A stretch of DNA of 64,000 nt from an uncultured cyanobacterium (GCA_963793265.1 CAWBZI010000007.1:320001-384000), one strand, 5' to 3'; shown: positions 31,422-42,054, counted from the stretch's first letter. The notes: generated from the sequence alone by a model not told the origin. Translations and numbers: made by a program.

Positions 31422-32183
31422 ATGACTTCTAAAACAACGATCATTCGCGCGGGTCTGACGGCTTCGGCGCTAGCAGTCGCGGCCCTCTTGGGCAGTGCCC
31501 CTTTATTTGGCAGCGCTGCTAATACAGAACCTGTTGCTGTTACGGTCACTATCGAAAACATCGCGCCCGATCAGGGGCCGGTGCTCACGCCGCTGTGGGT
31601 AGGGTTTCATGAAGGCGATTACGATTTGTATGAGTTTGGGGCGGCGGCTTCGCCCGAGCTAGAGCGGATTGCTGAAGACGGCAGTCCGGCGGCGATTAGA
31701 GAGGCGTTTGCAAGTGAAGGGGAGGCCCGAGTGGATGGCGTATTGACGGGTGAGGGCATTAGTCCTGAGTCACCACCGCTGATTCCGCCCGGCACCTCAG
31801 CGACGATGACGTTTGAGGTGAGCGCGGCCCATCCCTTTTTCAGCTATGCCTCGATGATTTTGCCGAGTAATGATGGCTTTATTGGCAATGAGAGCGCCAG
31901 TGGCTACCGTGTGTTTGATGTTGAGGGTAACTTTATTGGCACGGAGTTTATTGTTATTGGTAGTCAGATTCAGGATGCTGGGACTGAGGTGAATGATGAG
32001 GTCGCTGCAAATGTGCCGCTGCTAGGCCAAATGGAGCCTGATAGTGGCACGGTTGAGGGCGGTACGATTGTTAAGCACGTTGGGTTTAATGAAGGTGGCA
32101 GCATTTTGACGGCTTTTCCGAATGCTGACTTTACGCAGGCGACCTATCCGATTGCTCGCATTCGGGTGGTGCTGGCTGAGTAG
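31422..32183 (+). CDS. Spondin-domain secreted protein
   Basis: 'TPLWVGFH', 'LERIAEDG', 'SMILPSNDGF', 'DAGTEVNDE'. Confidence 0.85.
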   Translation: MTSKTTIIRAGLTASALAVAALLGSAPLFGSAANTEPVAVTVTIENIAPDQGPVLTPLWVGFHEGDYDLYEFGAAASPELERIAEDGSPAAIREAFASEGEARVDGVLTGEGISPESPPLIPPGTSATMTFEVSAAHPFFSYASMILPSNDGFIGNESASGYRVFDVEGNFIGTEFIVIGSQIQDAGTEVNDEVAANVPLLGQMEPDSGTVEGGTIVKHVGFNEGGSILTAFPNADFTQATYPIARIRVVLAE

Positions 32184-32210
32184 TTAGGCTTCACAGCTTA
32201 GCTTCTAGGG

Positions 32211-32287
32211 GCTATTTTCATCACGACCGCTCGCAGAACGTCTTGAGAGATCAAGGCGTTTTGTGTTATCGTCTGGCTGAAAATAGC
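32211..32287 (+). other. Long intergenic RNA hairpin with GNRA tetraloop
   Basis: 15-bp stem CGCAGAACGTCTTGA/TCAAGGCGTTTTGTG with three G.U pairs and a GAGA loop, enclosed by GCTATTTTCA/TGAAAATAGC. Confidence 0.6.
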
Positions 32288-32324
32288 GCTTATCAAATTA
32301 GAAAATTATCAACAACGTGAGGAT

Positions 32325-32822
32325 TTGAATAGCGTGCTTAAAAAGTACTGGATTGTTTCATTTTGCATGGTCGCCTGTCTATCTATCAACCTTCCAGCTC
32401 ACGCGCAAACTGAGCCTGAACAAAAGCCCAGGCGTAGCTACATCGGTATTGGTGGAAATGTTGGCCTCAGCGGCGGCGATACTGCAATTGGTGACGAGGG
32501 TTTTGCGATTGTTAATAGAACTCGAATTATCGAATATCTGTCTGTACGTGGCTCTGTGATTTTTGCAAGTGATATCTCTTCGACGACTGCGCTGACGGGT
32601 GAGCTACCGATTACGAATCAAAATGGCGATGTGATGGTGACGCCGTTTTTGGGCGGTGGCTTTGCGATTGAAGATGGCGATTTTAATCCGCTTATTAGCG
32701 CGGGCGCAGATGTTCCGCTGAGCCAGGATTTTACGTTGACTAACCGCATTAACGTGAGCTTTGGCGATGAAACAAACGTTGGTGCGCTAGTTGGCGTGGG
32801 GTACAATTTTACGCTGTTTTAG
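32325..32822 (+). CDS. Small outer-membrane beta-barrel protein
   Basis: Signal peptide, alternating beta-strand pattern, 'SYIGIGGNVG', C-terminal 'GVGYNFTLF'. Confidence 0.72.
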   Translation: MNSVLKKYWIVSFCMVACLSINLPAHAQTEPEQKPRRSYIGIGGNVGLSGGDTAIGDEGFAIVNRTRIIEYLSVRGSVIFASDISSTTALTGELPITNQNGDVMVTPFLGGGFAIEDGDFNPLISAGADVPLSQDFTLTNRINVSFGDETNVGALVGVGYNFTLF

Positions 32823-32876
32823 GAAGCCGTAAAAATGTTGAGAGTTGATGCTGGCCCAGCTCGCAGACTGCTTGCA

Positions 32877-33989
32877 CTAAGTTGTACCAGCACCTTTACC
32901 GGAGATGAACGTAGGGTTTTGATAGCCTGTGGGTTTATCTCCGACAGAAGCGCCGCCATGAACCATGCCCTGCAAGCTCGGCTCAAAGAAGGTGTAAGGA
33001 AAGCGAGTCTCTGGTTTGCTCACGTCGTCCAATCTTTGCTGAAGCTCAGGGGGTAGCTCAAAGTCTAAAGCACCTAGATTGTTTTCTAGCTGGTGTAGCT
33101 TGGTGGCCCCGATTAGAACGCTTGCTACGCCAGGGCGATTGACCACCCAGTTCACTGCCACTTGTGCCATTGAACGGTCTAGATCTTTGGCTACTTTCTC
33201 TAGCTCAGCAACAATCTCCCAGTTTTTCTCTGTGAACTTGTTGAAGGCAGGATTATCGCCTCCTGCTAATGTGGCGAGTCGGCCCGATCCTTCTCCCCCG
33301 GTTTCCGAAGGTTTGTACTTGCCCGAGAGCAGTCCGCTCGCAAGTGGTGACCACACCATGATCCCAGCGCCCAGCGCTTTTACCATCGGCACATACTCAA
33401 ACTCAATATTGCGCTCTACTAAGGAGTACTCAAGCTGAACGGTGCTAATCGGCTCTAAATGTCGTTCTTTTGCCAGCGTTTGCGCCTGCGCGACATACCA
33501 GGCGGGCGTGTCTGAAAGCGCGACGTAGCGAACTTTGCCAGAAGTGACTAAATCGTCCATGGTGCGCATCACCTCTTCAGCAGGCGTGACGCTATCCCAG
33601 GTATGCAGAATGTACAGATCGATGTAGTCGGTATTGAGCCGATCTAAAGAGCCTTCGACTGCTCGCATGATATTTTTACGACCGTTGCCGCCTGCGTTGG
33701 GGTTGCCAGGTTCGCTGTTGTAGCTGAATTTGGTCGAGATGACGACGCGATCGCGCCACCCCCCATCTTTTACAAACTGACCCAGCATCTTCTCGCTATT
33801 GCCGTCTGTATACATATCGGCGGTATCGATAAAGTTGCCGCCTGCCTCTAGATAGGTATCGAAAATTCGTCGTGCCGTATCTTCTTTCGCACCCCAGCCC
33901 CAGTCTTCACCGAAGGTCATTGTGCCCAGTGCTAAACGGCTTACCCTCAACCCCGTGTTGCCGAGTGTGTAGTAGTCCATAGCAGTCAT
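32877..33989 (-). CDS. Aldo/keto reductase
   Basis: 'LGTMTFG', 'DTADMY', 'DYIDLY..H', 'WSPLASG.LSGKY'. Confidence 0.95.
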   Translation of the reverse strand: MTAMDYYTLGNTGLRVSRLALGTMTFGEDWGWGAKEDTARRIFDTYLEAGGNFIDTADMYTDGNSEKMLGQFVKDGGWRDRVVISTKFSYNSEPGNPNAGGNGRKNIMRAVEGSLDRLNTDYIDLYILHTWDSVTPAEEVMRTMDDLVTSGKVRYVALSDTPAWYVAQAQTLAKERHLEPISTVQLEYSLVERNIEFEYVPMVKALGAGIMVWSPLASGLLSGKYKPSETGGEGSGRLATLAGGDNPAFNKFTEKNWEIVAELEKVAKDLDRSMAQVAVNWVVNRPGVASVLIGATKLHQLENNLGALDFELPPELQQRLDDVSKPETRFPYTFFEPSLQGMVHGGASVGDKPTGYQNPTFISGKGAGTT

Positions 33990-34047
33990 CCTTTGGTCTT
34001 AAAAAAGTTATTATGAACCGGCAGCACCTTCAAAATCTTGTACATAG

Positions 34048-34075
34048 TTGCTAGTTGTCAGCGTTTTATTGCTAG
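34048..34075 (-). promoter_or_regulatory. CTAGCAA direct repeat, 21-bp spacing (putative AraC-family site)
   Basis: TTGCTAG at 34048 and 34069 upstream of the AKR gene; a matching arrangement occurs at 35170/35191. Confidence 0.55.
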
Positions 34076-34151
34076 CCGCGCGGTTCGATAGTGATTCTCC
34101 TGAAGAGATCTTCGGTAAGATTCAAAGTGACGTAGCCATTTGGCAGTTCTT

Positions 34152-35123
34152 ATGGACAAGAAAGCGATCGCAGGCAGCTCATTTGAGAATGAAAGTGATG
34201 GTCATGCTGGCCCTAGCGATCGCCAAATTCGCTTCGTTGATAGCCAAACATTAGAACCCAGGCCAGATGTAGATGCCGGACAAATTTTACTCTCTAGCAA
34301 GCCCCTAAACTGGGATGGCATCTACCTGGAGACAGGCGAAAATAAGTCATTTAATCCAGACGATGCTACGCTTGTTCAGCACTATTTTGCGATGAACATT
34401 GGCCCAGCCTATGAATGGGAGTGGAAGGACGGCAGACAATTTAAATCTCATCGGTATGAGACGGGTGATATCTGGGTCAATCCTGCGCATGTGCCTTTTA
34501 CGCATAGAGTGAATACCTACAATAGGTTTGCACTATTGGCGCTTGAGCCTAAAAAGCTAGTAGAGTCGCTGCCTGATTTTCCTTTGATAGAGCGCCAGCA
34601 GTTCAGACGAGAGCACAAAGCTCAAGACCTTCATTTGCAGACTTTGATGCGCTCATTGTTAGTGGAGGCCCAAACGGGTGGCCCAAACGGCAGGCTCTAT
34701 ACGGATTCACTGGCTACCGCGTTAGCCGTTCACTTTGTAAACCACTACAGCATCGGGAATCAACCAAATTTTCAAAAGCACTTTCAACAGGCTAGTATTG
34801 CTGACCGTCAGCGTCTACGGCGAGTTGTTGATTACATAGAAGCCTCTTTAAAAGAAGACATTGGCCTTAGTGACTTAGCGTTAGTGGCAGGGCTCAGTAA
34901 GTTTCATTTCTCTCGCTTATTCAAGACAGCGTTCGGTTTTACGCCGTATCAGTACCTAATGAAGCGCAAGATAGAAAGAGCAGCTTACGAGCTATCGAAA
35001 AGAGCTACGTCGGTAGCTCAAGTTGCCGCAGAATATGGCTTTACAGACCAGGCTCAATTCACTCGAAACTTTAAGAAGGTGAAGGGACTAGCGCCGAAAG
35101 CGTTCGTCAACCAGACTCGTTAA
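34152..35123 (+). CDS. AraC family transcriptional regulator
   Basis: 'LSDLA...GLSKFHFSRLFK...G.TPYQY', 'VA...GF.DQAQF.R.FK...G..P'. Confidence 0.93.
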   Translation: MDKKAIAGSSFENESDGHAGPSDRQIRFVDSQTLEPRPDVDAGQILLSSKPLNWDGIYLETGENKSFNPDDATLVQHYFAMNIGPAYEWEWKDGRQFKSHRYETGDIWVNPAHVPFTHRVNTYNRFALLALEPKKLVESLPDFPLIERQQFRREHKAQDLHLQTLMRSLLVEAQTGGPNGRLYTDSLATALAVHFVNHYSIGNQPNFQKHFQQASIADRQRLRRVVDYIEASLKEDIGLSDLALVAGLSKFHFSRLFKTAFGFTPYQYLMKRKIERAAYELSKRATSVAQVAAEYGFTDQAQFTRNFKKVKGLAPKAFVNQTR

Positions 35124-35169
35124 GTTCTACGTGGGTGGGTTGTGTACAGCCGGTCGATACAATCTCGCG

Positions 35170-35198
35170 CAGCAATATATTTATCAAGAACAGCAATA
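35170..35198 (+). promoter_or_regulatory. CAGCAATA direct repeat, 21-bp spacing (putative AraC-family site)
   Basis: CAGCAATA at 35170 and 35191 upstream of the SDR remnant. Confidence 0.55.
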
Positions 35199-35237
35199 AT
35201 TGCCTAGATTAGCAGCCGTAGATTTTGTACGATGGCT

Positions 35238-35922
35238 CATCGCCTTTGCACAAGAAGGGGCAACTGTTGTTTTCAATGGTCGTCGCGCTGATTTGGGTCA
35301 GCAAGTAGAGCAGTCGATCGCGGCGATGGGCGGTAGCGCACTGTATGTACAAACTGACGTGCGAGAAGCGGCTCAAGTAGAGCAGTTCGTCAGTACGGCT
35401 GTTGAGCGCTATGGCCGATTAGATATTGCCTTTAATAATGCTGGCATCTTTATGACGCCGGAGACAGTTCCAGAGATGGATCTTGATAACTATCACAATA
35501 TGATTTCTACAAATCTCAACGGCATTTTCTATGCCATGAAATATGAGATTCCTCAGATGAAAGAACAGGGTGGCGCAATCGTTAATATGGCTTCTGTTTC
35601 AGCGCATAGAGGCTACGCTAACACACCTCATTACAGCGCTAGTAAGCATGGTGTTGTTGGTTTGACGAAGGCGGCAGCGACGGGGTTTTCGGAGCATGGC
35701 ATCCGAATCAATTCTATATCGCCGCTAGCGGTTGATACGCCTATGCTGCGCCGTTCGTTTGAACACCAGGGATTAACGTACGAAGGCATGGCTCCTAACT
35801 TTGTTACCCCTCGCGTTATGACGGCTGACGAGATTGCTCAGTCAGTGCTGTTTTTGTCGTCGGATGCGGCTTCTTCTATTAACGGTATGGATCTTGATGT
35901 CACGGGTGGTCAGCTCGCTTAG
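35238..35922 (+). pseudogene. 5'-truncated SDR oxidoreductase
   Basis: NNAG and YSASK are present, but the N-terminal TGxxxGxG cofactor motif is absent; similarity begins at 'IAFAQEGATVV'; no in-frame ATG near that start. Confidence 0.7.
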
Positions 35923-36119
35923 AGAGATTTGTTCTGTGCGCTTGACCTGGCTCTAGTAAAAATGTAAGCGGCTTGTCGTTGCTAAACATGCCCTAGTTAA
36001 ATCATCGTTCCATCACAGCGATCGCCCGATTCAAGATATGAGTGTAAGCTGAGATTAGCATTTTTCAACTACGCTGATCTTGGCTAGCATTTTTGCGATG
36101 CCGCACTCTATGAGTAATC

Positions 36120-39100
36120 TTGATGGTGACTTCGTTTCAACGGAATAGACACATAGACGCTCATGCCCAAGCAAGCACGACTGGGGCGGAGGGTCTGCTG
36201 CGTAGCGTGGCGGAGGCGGCGCAGTGTTTGGTGGCGACTGAGAATTTGGCGGCGGCGATTCCGGCGGCGCTGAGGATTTTGGGGCTGGGGACGCGGCAGG
36301 ATCGGGTTTATGTGTTTGAGAATGTGTTTCCGAACGGGCCGGATGAGCTGTTTCTAGATTTGTTGTGTGAGTGGAATTCTTCTCATGGAATGCCTATCGC
36401 AGATATTGCAGAACAGTTTCCGTTTCCGGCAAATGCGTTTCCAAATGATTCAATCTCATTGCCTTTGAAAAGAGGTGAAGCTGTTCAATCTCTGACTCGG
36501 GATTTAGAAGGGCTTGCCGCAGAGATGAATAGAGACATACTCACAAAGTCTATGATTGTTGTTCCTATCTCAGTCGGCGGTTTGTACTGGGGATCGATTG
36601 GCTTTGATGACTGCACGACTGAGCGGGTGTGGAGTGCGGCGGAAGTGGCGGTGTTGGAGACGGCGGCGGCTTGTATTGGCAGTGCGATTGAAAGGGATCG
36701 CACGGCAAAGGCCCGCATGGCTGAGATGGAAGCGCATAATCAGGCGTTGGCGGAAAGGGATCGCATTTTAGAAGCCACGGCGGCGGCGGCGAATGTGATG
36801 CTGGTGAATGACGACTTTGAGAGCGCGGTGACTGAGGCGCTGCGAATTGTGGGCGAAGGCTTGGCGGTGGATCGGGTTGGTATCGGCAGCTACTTTGCGC
36901 AGACTTCTGAAGAAGATGGCTATCACGAGTTTTTGTATGAGTGGGATTCTGAAGGAACGAATGTACAGATAGAACATCCTGAACTATCAAAAATTAGTGA
37001 TCGTGGCATTGGGGATTTTATAAATGCGCTAAAAACAGGTCATGTCTTTGGCGGTGTCGTTGAAGAGATGGGAGAGCCTTTTCGCAGTAGCCAAATAGAG
37101 ATGGGTGTAAAGTCGGCATACGCTATTGCGATCATTGTTGCTGGTAAGTATTGGGGAGCAATAGCGCTTGATGATTGCCACAAGCAAACGCGCCGAAGCG
37201 AATCGGAGCTTGAGGCGCTCAAAACGCTGGCAAACTGTATCGGCAGTGCCATTGAGCGCGATCAAATTCGGGCGGCTCGGGAAGCGGCTGAGCGTACGGC
37301 CATTATTGAGCGAGAGCGGGCGGCGCGGGCGGATGAATTGGAAGCGGCCAATAAGGTGCTTTTGGTGCGCGATCGCTGGCTACAAACCACGGCTGCTGCC
37401 GCGAATGAGCTGCTTTCTACCACAGATGTGCCCGCGAGCGTGAATGCGGCGCTGGCAACGATTGGAGAAAACTTGGAGTGCGATCGCCTTTCTGTTCTTC
37501 GTTACATTGCAGATCACAAAAGCCATCCGTTAGGCGCAATGAAAGGGCTCTACGAGTGGGACGCTGAAGGTATTAAGCCTCAAATCGAAGACTCAGCGCT
37601 GAGCGTTATTACCGCTGAAGGTTTTGAGGACTGGTTCAAAACGCTACTTGCAGGTGATTGGATCGGCAGCAACGTCTCTGATTTGCCTGAACCTGCGCGC
37701 AGCGGTCAAGAATCGCTAGGCGTTTTATCTACCTACGCGGTGCCTATTTTTATAGATAACGCGCTTTGGGGCATTGTGGCGATGGACTACTGCCACGAAG
37801 AGAAGCGATTAGAAGGATCGGAGCTAGCGGTATTTCAGACGGCAGCGACCTGTGTGGGGAGTGCGATTCATCAGGCACAGGTGCGGCGAGATAAGGCAGC
37901 ACGGGAGCGATCGCGTTTACTCGGCAGCGTTGCTCAGGCGGCAAATTTGCTGTTGGAATCGTCAGACTATCAGAGTGTGCTTTCGGAGGTTGTGCGGTTG
38001 TTGGGTGAGGCGACTGGGAGCGATCGCTGTAGCATTTTGCAAGAGGTCATTATGTCTTCTTCTCAAGAACTCGGAGACACTGTAGTGACAGAATGGTGCA
38101 ATGCCGAAACGCAGCATTCAAAAGTGCATACCCCTGAGCTCTCAGATGCACTTTCCTGTCGGGTTATTCCTGAACTGCATGAGTCATTTTTATCAGGTGG
38201 AATTTCTAATGTTCTCGTGTCAGACTTGCAGGAGCCTGCGCGAACTATTCTCTCAGAGCAGGGAAATACTGCGATGATTTATGTCACTATCGTAGTTAAT
38301 GGCAAACCTTGGGGCGTTATTAGCTTTGATAACTGTGGTGAGCCTCGACTTTACGATGAGGCTGAGATTTCAATTTTGCAGATTGCAGCGGAGAGTATTG
38401 CCAGTGCGATTTCTCGTCAGGCTCAAGATAAAGCGCTGCGAGATGCTGAAAAATTCATCCTACAAGAACAAGAAAAGGCAGCTCGCGATCGCGCTACCAA
38501 ACTCGCCAAAACCAACGAAGCCATCAGCACCACCCTCACCACTCTCGCCACCCGCCCCGAACTAGACCAGTTCTTAGGCACTATCCTCAGCGAAATGGTA
38601 CGCCCTCTCGGAGCCTGCAAAGCTCATCTGTTCCTTTACGACCAGCCCACTCACACGCTAAGCCAGCGTGTAGTTATTCAAGACGATCAGCTCTATATGG
38701 GCGCAGGCCCAAATGATCCTGACATGTTCAAGCATCCTGTTTCAGCCGACATAACGGCTGCATGGGACGCAATCATCAATAGCAACAGACCGATCACCTA
38801 CGATGAAACTCTACCTTCTGACGAAAACATTTGGTGGCCCGAATCGCATCGACTTGGCATAAAGCACAAGGACACAAAGCCGTCACCTGTATCCCTCTGA
38901 AAGCAGGCGAACAGCCCATCGGCTACATCGGCTTTTGCTTTTACAATCACACCTTCCTCACCGACGAACAGCTCGAATTTATGCAGGCGCTCGCCAACCA
39001 AGCCATCATCGCCATCCAACTCACCCGCCTTGCCGACGACAGCAAAACCGCCGCGCTCTCGGTTGCCCTCACCGAAGAGCGCAACCGCCTCGCCCGCGAA

Positions 39101-39676
39101 ATTCACGACACCCTCGCCCAAGCCTTCACCGGCATCTCTCTCCAGCTCGAAGCCGCCAAAGGCAGCTTTGACGAAAGCACCGAAGACACCCTCTACCACA
39201 TGAACCGAGCCGGTAACCTCGCCCGCCGAGGACTCTCTGAAGCGCGTCGTTCAGTCAGAGCCCTGCGCTCAGCCGCCCTCACCACCAACACCCTCCCCGA
39301 AGCCCTCACCATCGCTCTCACCGAAATGACCCAAGACAGCCCCACCACCCCCCACCTACACATCGTCGGTACCCCCTACACCCTCCCCGAAGACATCCAA
39401 ACCAACCTCCTGCGCATCGGCCAAGAAGCCACCACCAACACCCTCCGACACGCCCAGGCCGACACCCTAAATATTACCCTCACCTACAAACCCACCCAAA
39501 TCCGCATGACCATCAGCGACGACGGCAAAGGCTGCGATATTTCTCTAGACAACGTAGAAGGCTTTGGCCTGCTAGGAATGCGAGAGCGCGTTCTGCGATT
39601 CGACGGTCAGTTTGCCTTATTTGGAACCCCCGGTAGAGGTACTGTAATAGAGATTGCCATTCCCCTCGACCTATGA
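36120..39676 (+). pseudogene. Multi-GAF sensor histidine kinase (HisKA_3), split by a frameshift near 38845
   Basis: ORF 36120-38900 has tandem GAF-like repeats; overlapping ORF 38831-39676 continues the last GAF ('WHKAQGHKAVTCIPL') and has 'ERNRLAREIHDTLAQ' plus HATPase motifs. Confidence 0.8.
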
Positions 39677-40308
39677 ACACCCAGCCCGCTATCAAAGTCT
39701 TAGTCGTTGAAGATCACAACGTTGTCCGCGAAGGCATCGTGTCGATCATCAACCGGCAAAAAGACATGACAGTCGTCGCTGAGGCTCGTAACGGTCAGCA
39801 GGCTATTGATCTCCATCAGGCGCACGAGCCAGATGTCACCCTGATGGACTTGCGAATGCCCAAAATGGAAGGACTAGAGGCCATTATCCAAATTCGCCAG
39901 AGCCATCCCAAAGCCAACATCATCATCCTCACCACCTACGACACCGACGAAGACATCTACCAGGGATTGCAGGCCGGAGCGCGTGGCTACCTGCTAAAAG
40001 ACGCCACCACCGCCGAACTCATTGAGGCCATTCAGCAAGTGAGCAAAGGCAAGCGATCTTTACCCGCCAAAGTAGCCGATAAGCTGGTTGAGCGCATGGA
40101 AGCCGACGAGCTAACGCCCAGAGAAAAAGAAGTTTTAGCGCTGATGGTAAAAGGATCTAGCACCGCTAAACTGGCCGCAACCCTACATCTCTCCGAAGGC
40201 ACCGTCAAATTTCATATCAACAACATCTTTCAAAAGCTCGGCGTCAGCGATCGCGCCCAGGCCATCGTCGTCGCCCTCCGCAGAGGCATCATCCGCCTAG
40301 ATCCGTAA
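39673..40308 (+). CDS. NarL/LuxR family response regulator
   Basis: VVED/LMD/LTT/LLK receiver plus LuxR HTH; 4-bp overlap with the kinase. Confidence 0.93.
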   Translation: MNTQPAIKVLVVEDHNVVREGIVSIINRQKDMTVVAEARNGQQAIDLHQAHEPDVTLMDLRMPKMEGLEAIIQIRQSHPKANIIILTTYDTDEDIYQGLQAGARGYLLKDATTAELIEAIQQVSKGKRSLPAKVADKLVERMEADELTPREKEVLALMVKGSSTAKLAATLHLSEGTVKFHINNIFQKLGVSDRAQAIVVALRRGIIRLDP

Positions 40309-40453
40309 CTTCTTCTGCCGATTGAGCCTACCCTACCCCCGCAAAACCTATCCGATCAGCTAGGTCATCACCCGGTTATAGTCCAGTCGCTTGTACTTCC
40401 GTAAGTGCCTACGCTAGAAGGCATTACGTGAAAACCAAACCTGCTCCTGCCTA

Positions 40454-40981
40454 ATGGATACGATGCCTACGCTTAGAGACGTTGACCATATCCAAGGCTC
40501 ATCTTCTGCGGCGCTGCTGCTGCTGGCCTACGGCAACTATCAATGCCCCCAATCAGGCAAAGCACGCCACACCATCAATAGGCTACAAGACTCACTGGGC
40601 GAAAACCTATGCTTTGTGTTTCGCCACTTCTCAGTCGCTCACTACCCCCGCTCCCAAAAAGCCGCCGAATCTGCCGAGGCTGCCGGTAGCCAGCAAAAAT
40701 TTTGGGAAATGCACAACAAACTGTTCGCCAATCAAACAGCGCTCGACGATGCGTCCTTAGTAGAGTATGCCATTGAGCTTGGCCTGGATCTGCCGCAGTT
40801 TCTCTATGAGATAACGCACGGGGTTCATACCGAGCGCATCCGGTCTGACGATGAGATTGGTCGGCAGTGTGGTGTAGAAGAGACACCCACGTTTTTTGTT
40901 GGCGTGCGCCATCAGGGCAGCGACAACTTAGAGGCGCTAGTAAAGCGGCTGTTGAACGTGGCGCTCAAAGATGACAACTAG
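40454..40981 (+). CDS. DsbA/thioredoxin-like protein (CxxS variant)
   Basis: 'YGNYQCPQS', 'FVFRHF', 'AAESAEAA..Q.KFWEMH..LF', 'GVEETPTFFV'. Confidence 0.82.
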   Translation: MDTMPTLRDVDHIQGSSSAALLLLAYGNYQCPQSGKARHTINRLQDSLGENLCFVFRHFSVAHYPRSQKAAESAEAAGSQQKFWEMHNKLFANQTALDDASLVEYAIELGLDLPQFLYEITHGVHTERIRSDDEIGRQCGVEETPTFFVGVRHQGSDNLEALVKRLLNVALKDDN

Positions 40982-41307
40982 CCTGGGCAAACGGGATCTC
41001 TCAAGATGTAGCCGATGCCGCAAACCGTATGAATCACATTATCTGTTGAAGTAGCCCCAAGCTTCCTGCCTAAATAGCGAATATAAACCTCAACAATATG
41101 GGAGCCCTCTTCAGAGTCGTATCCCCAAACGGCTTCTAAAATCTGGCTGCGCGTGACGACTTTGAAGCGATACTTCATCAGATACTCTAATAGCTCGAAC
41201 TCCTTTTCAGTTAGTTGAATGAGGCGATCGCCTCGAAACACCTCTTGAGTATCGCGGTTGAGCGAAATATCCGAACAGCGTAGAACTGAAAGCGTATAGC
41301 CATCCAT
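40978..41307 (-). CDS. Stand-alone OmpR-type winged-helix DNA-binding domain
   Basis: 'LTEKEFELLEYLM', 'VWGYD...VEVYIRYL..KL', 'TVCGIGY'; no receiver domain. ATG 41307. Confidence 0.75.
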   Translation of the reverse strand: MDGYTLSVLRCSDISLNRDTQEVFRGDRLIQLTEKEFELLEYLMKYRFKVVTRSQILEAVWGYDSEEGSHIVEVYIRYLGRKLGATSTDNVIHTVCGIGYILRDPVCPG

Positions 41308-41514
41308 GAATCTTTCTTTATCTGTAGAAAAACTTTGTGTGTTTATTCTACGAGAATACAGAACCGTGAGCGCCCGGTGACAAGACTGGCTTCCGCTCGA
41401 ACGATGAGAGAGGGTGTGGTTATACAGCGAAATGTAGGTGGTGCCTATGAAAATGGTAGGGGGATGGACTGGCTGATGGGGTGGTACTTGTTTTGGGTGG
41501 GTTCGCAACCCACG

Positions 41515-42054
41515 CTACATCAAATACACCTTCCCCGTAGACTCCACCATCAGGCTCCCTACCTCTATCTCTGGATTGTCTGTTGGCGTCACAATCAAAT
41601 CCAACATATCGGCCAGCGCATTAGCTCGCAAATCAGCCTTAATAAATCCGATGCCTGTGGGTCTATTCTCTCTGACATCCCGGTACGTAAACGTCACAGT
41701 CGTAGGCACCTGAAGATCGGGCAGCATAATATCCTCGTTCGGATCTAGGCTGCGCGGCTCTGTATCGCCTAGCGCCTGGTAGGTAATAGAATTAGGCGTG
41801 TTATTCACCAAATGAACAGAAACGCTGCCTGATGTGAGTGGCATGATCATGGCGTGTTCTCTGGCGGGCGCTCTGGGGTTTGCAGGTGCGATCGCCTCAG
41901 CTTCTATCGGCTCTACAACTAACTCCTGTGCGCCTAGCTGCGGCAGTTGGGCCAGCGACGTGCCCTGCGCTACAATCGGCGCTTGATAAACAGTTGCAAT
42001 CAGCAGCGCCGATATCACGCCACTGACAAAAAGAACGCACTGACTAAATTTCAT
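41515..42054 (-). CDS. Hypothetical secreted protein
   Basis: 179-aa ORF with signal peptide; 'L.N.T...I.YQALGDT..R.L' motif. Confidence 0.7.
   Translation of the reverse strand: MKFSQCVLFVSGVISALLIATVYQAPIVAQGTSLAQLPQLGAQELVVEPIEAEAIAPANPRAPAREHAMIMPLTSGSVSVHLVNNTPNSITYQALGDTEPRSLDPNEDIMLPDLQVPTTVTFTYRDVRENRPTGIGFIKADLRANALADMLDLIVTPTDNPEIEVGSLMVESTGKVYLM

Noticed and set aside
36120..38900. Cyanobacteriochrome photoreceptor
   Set aside because: The GAF units lack the bilin-binding Cys-His and Asp-motif pattern.
38798..39199. Antisense and alternate-frame ORFs from the track (also 28787-29431, 55757-56203, 58506-58877, 41335-41748 and similar)
   Set aside because: They overlap well-supported genes and have no recognisable motifs; shadow ORFs.
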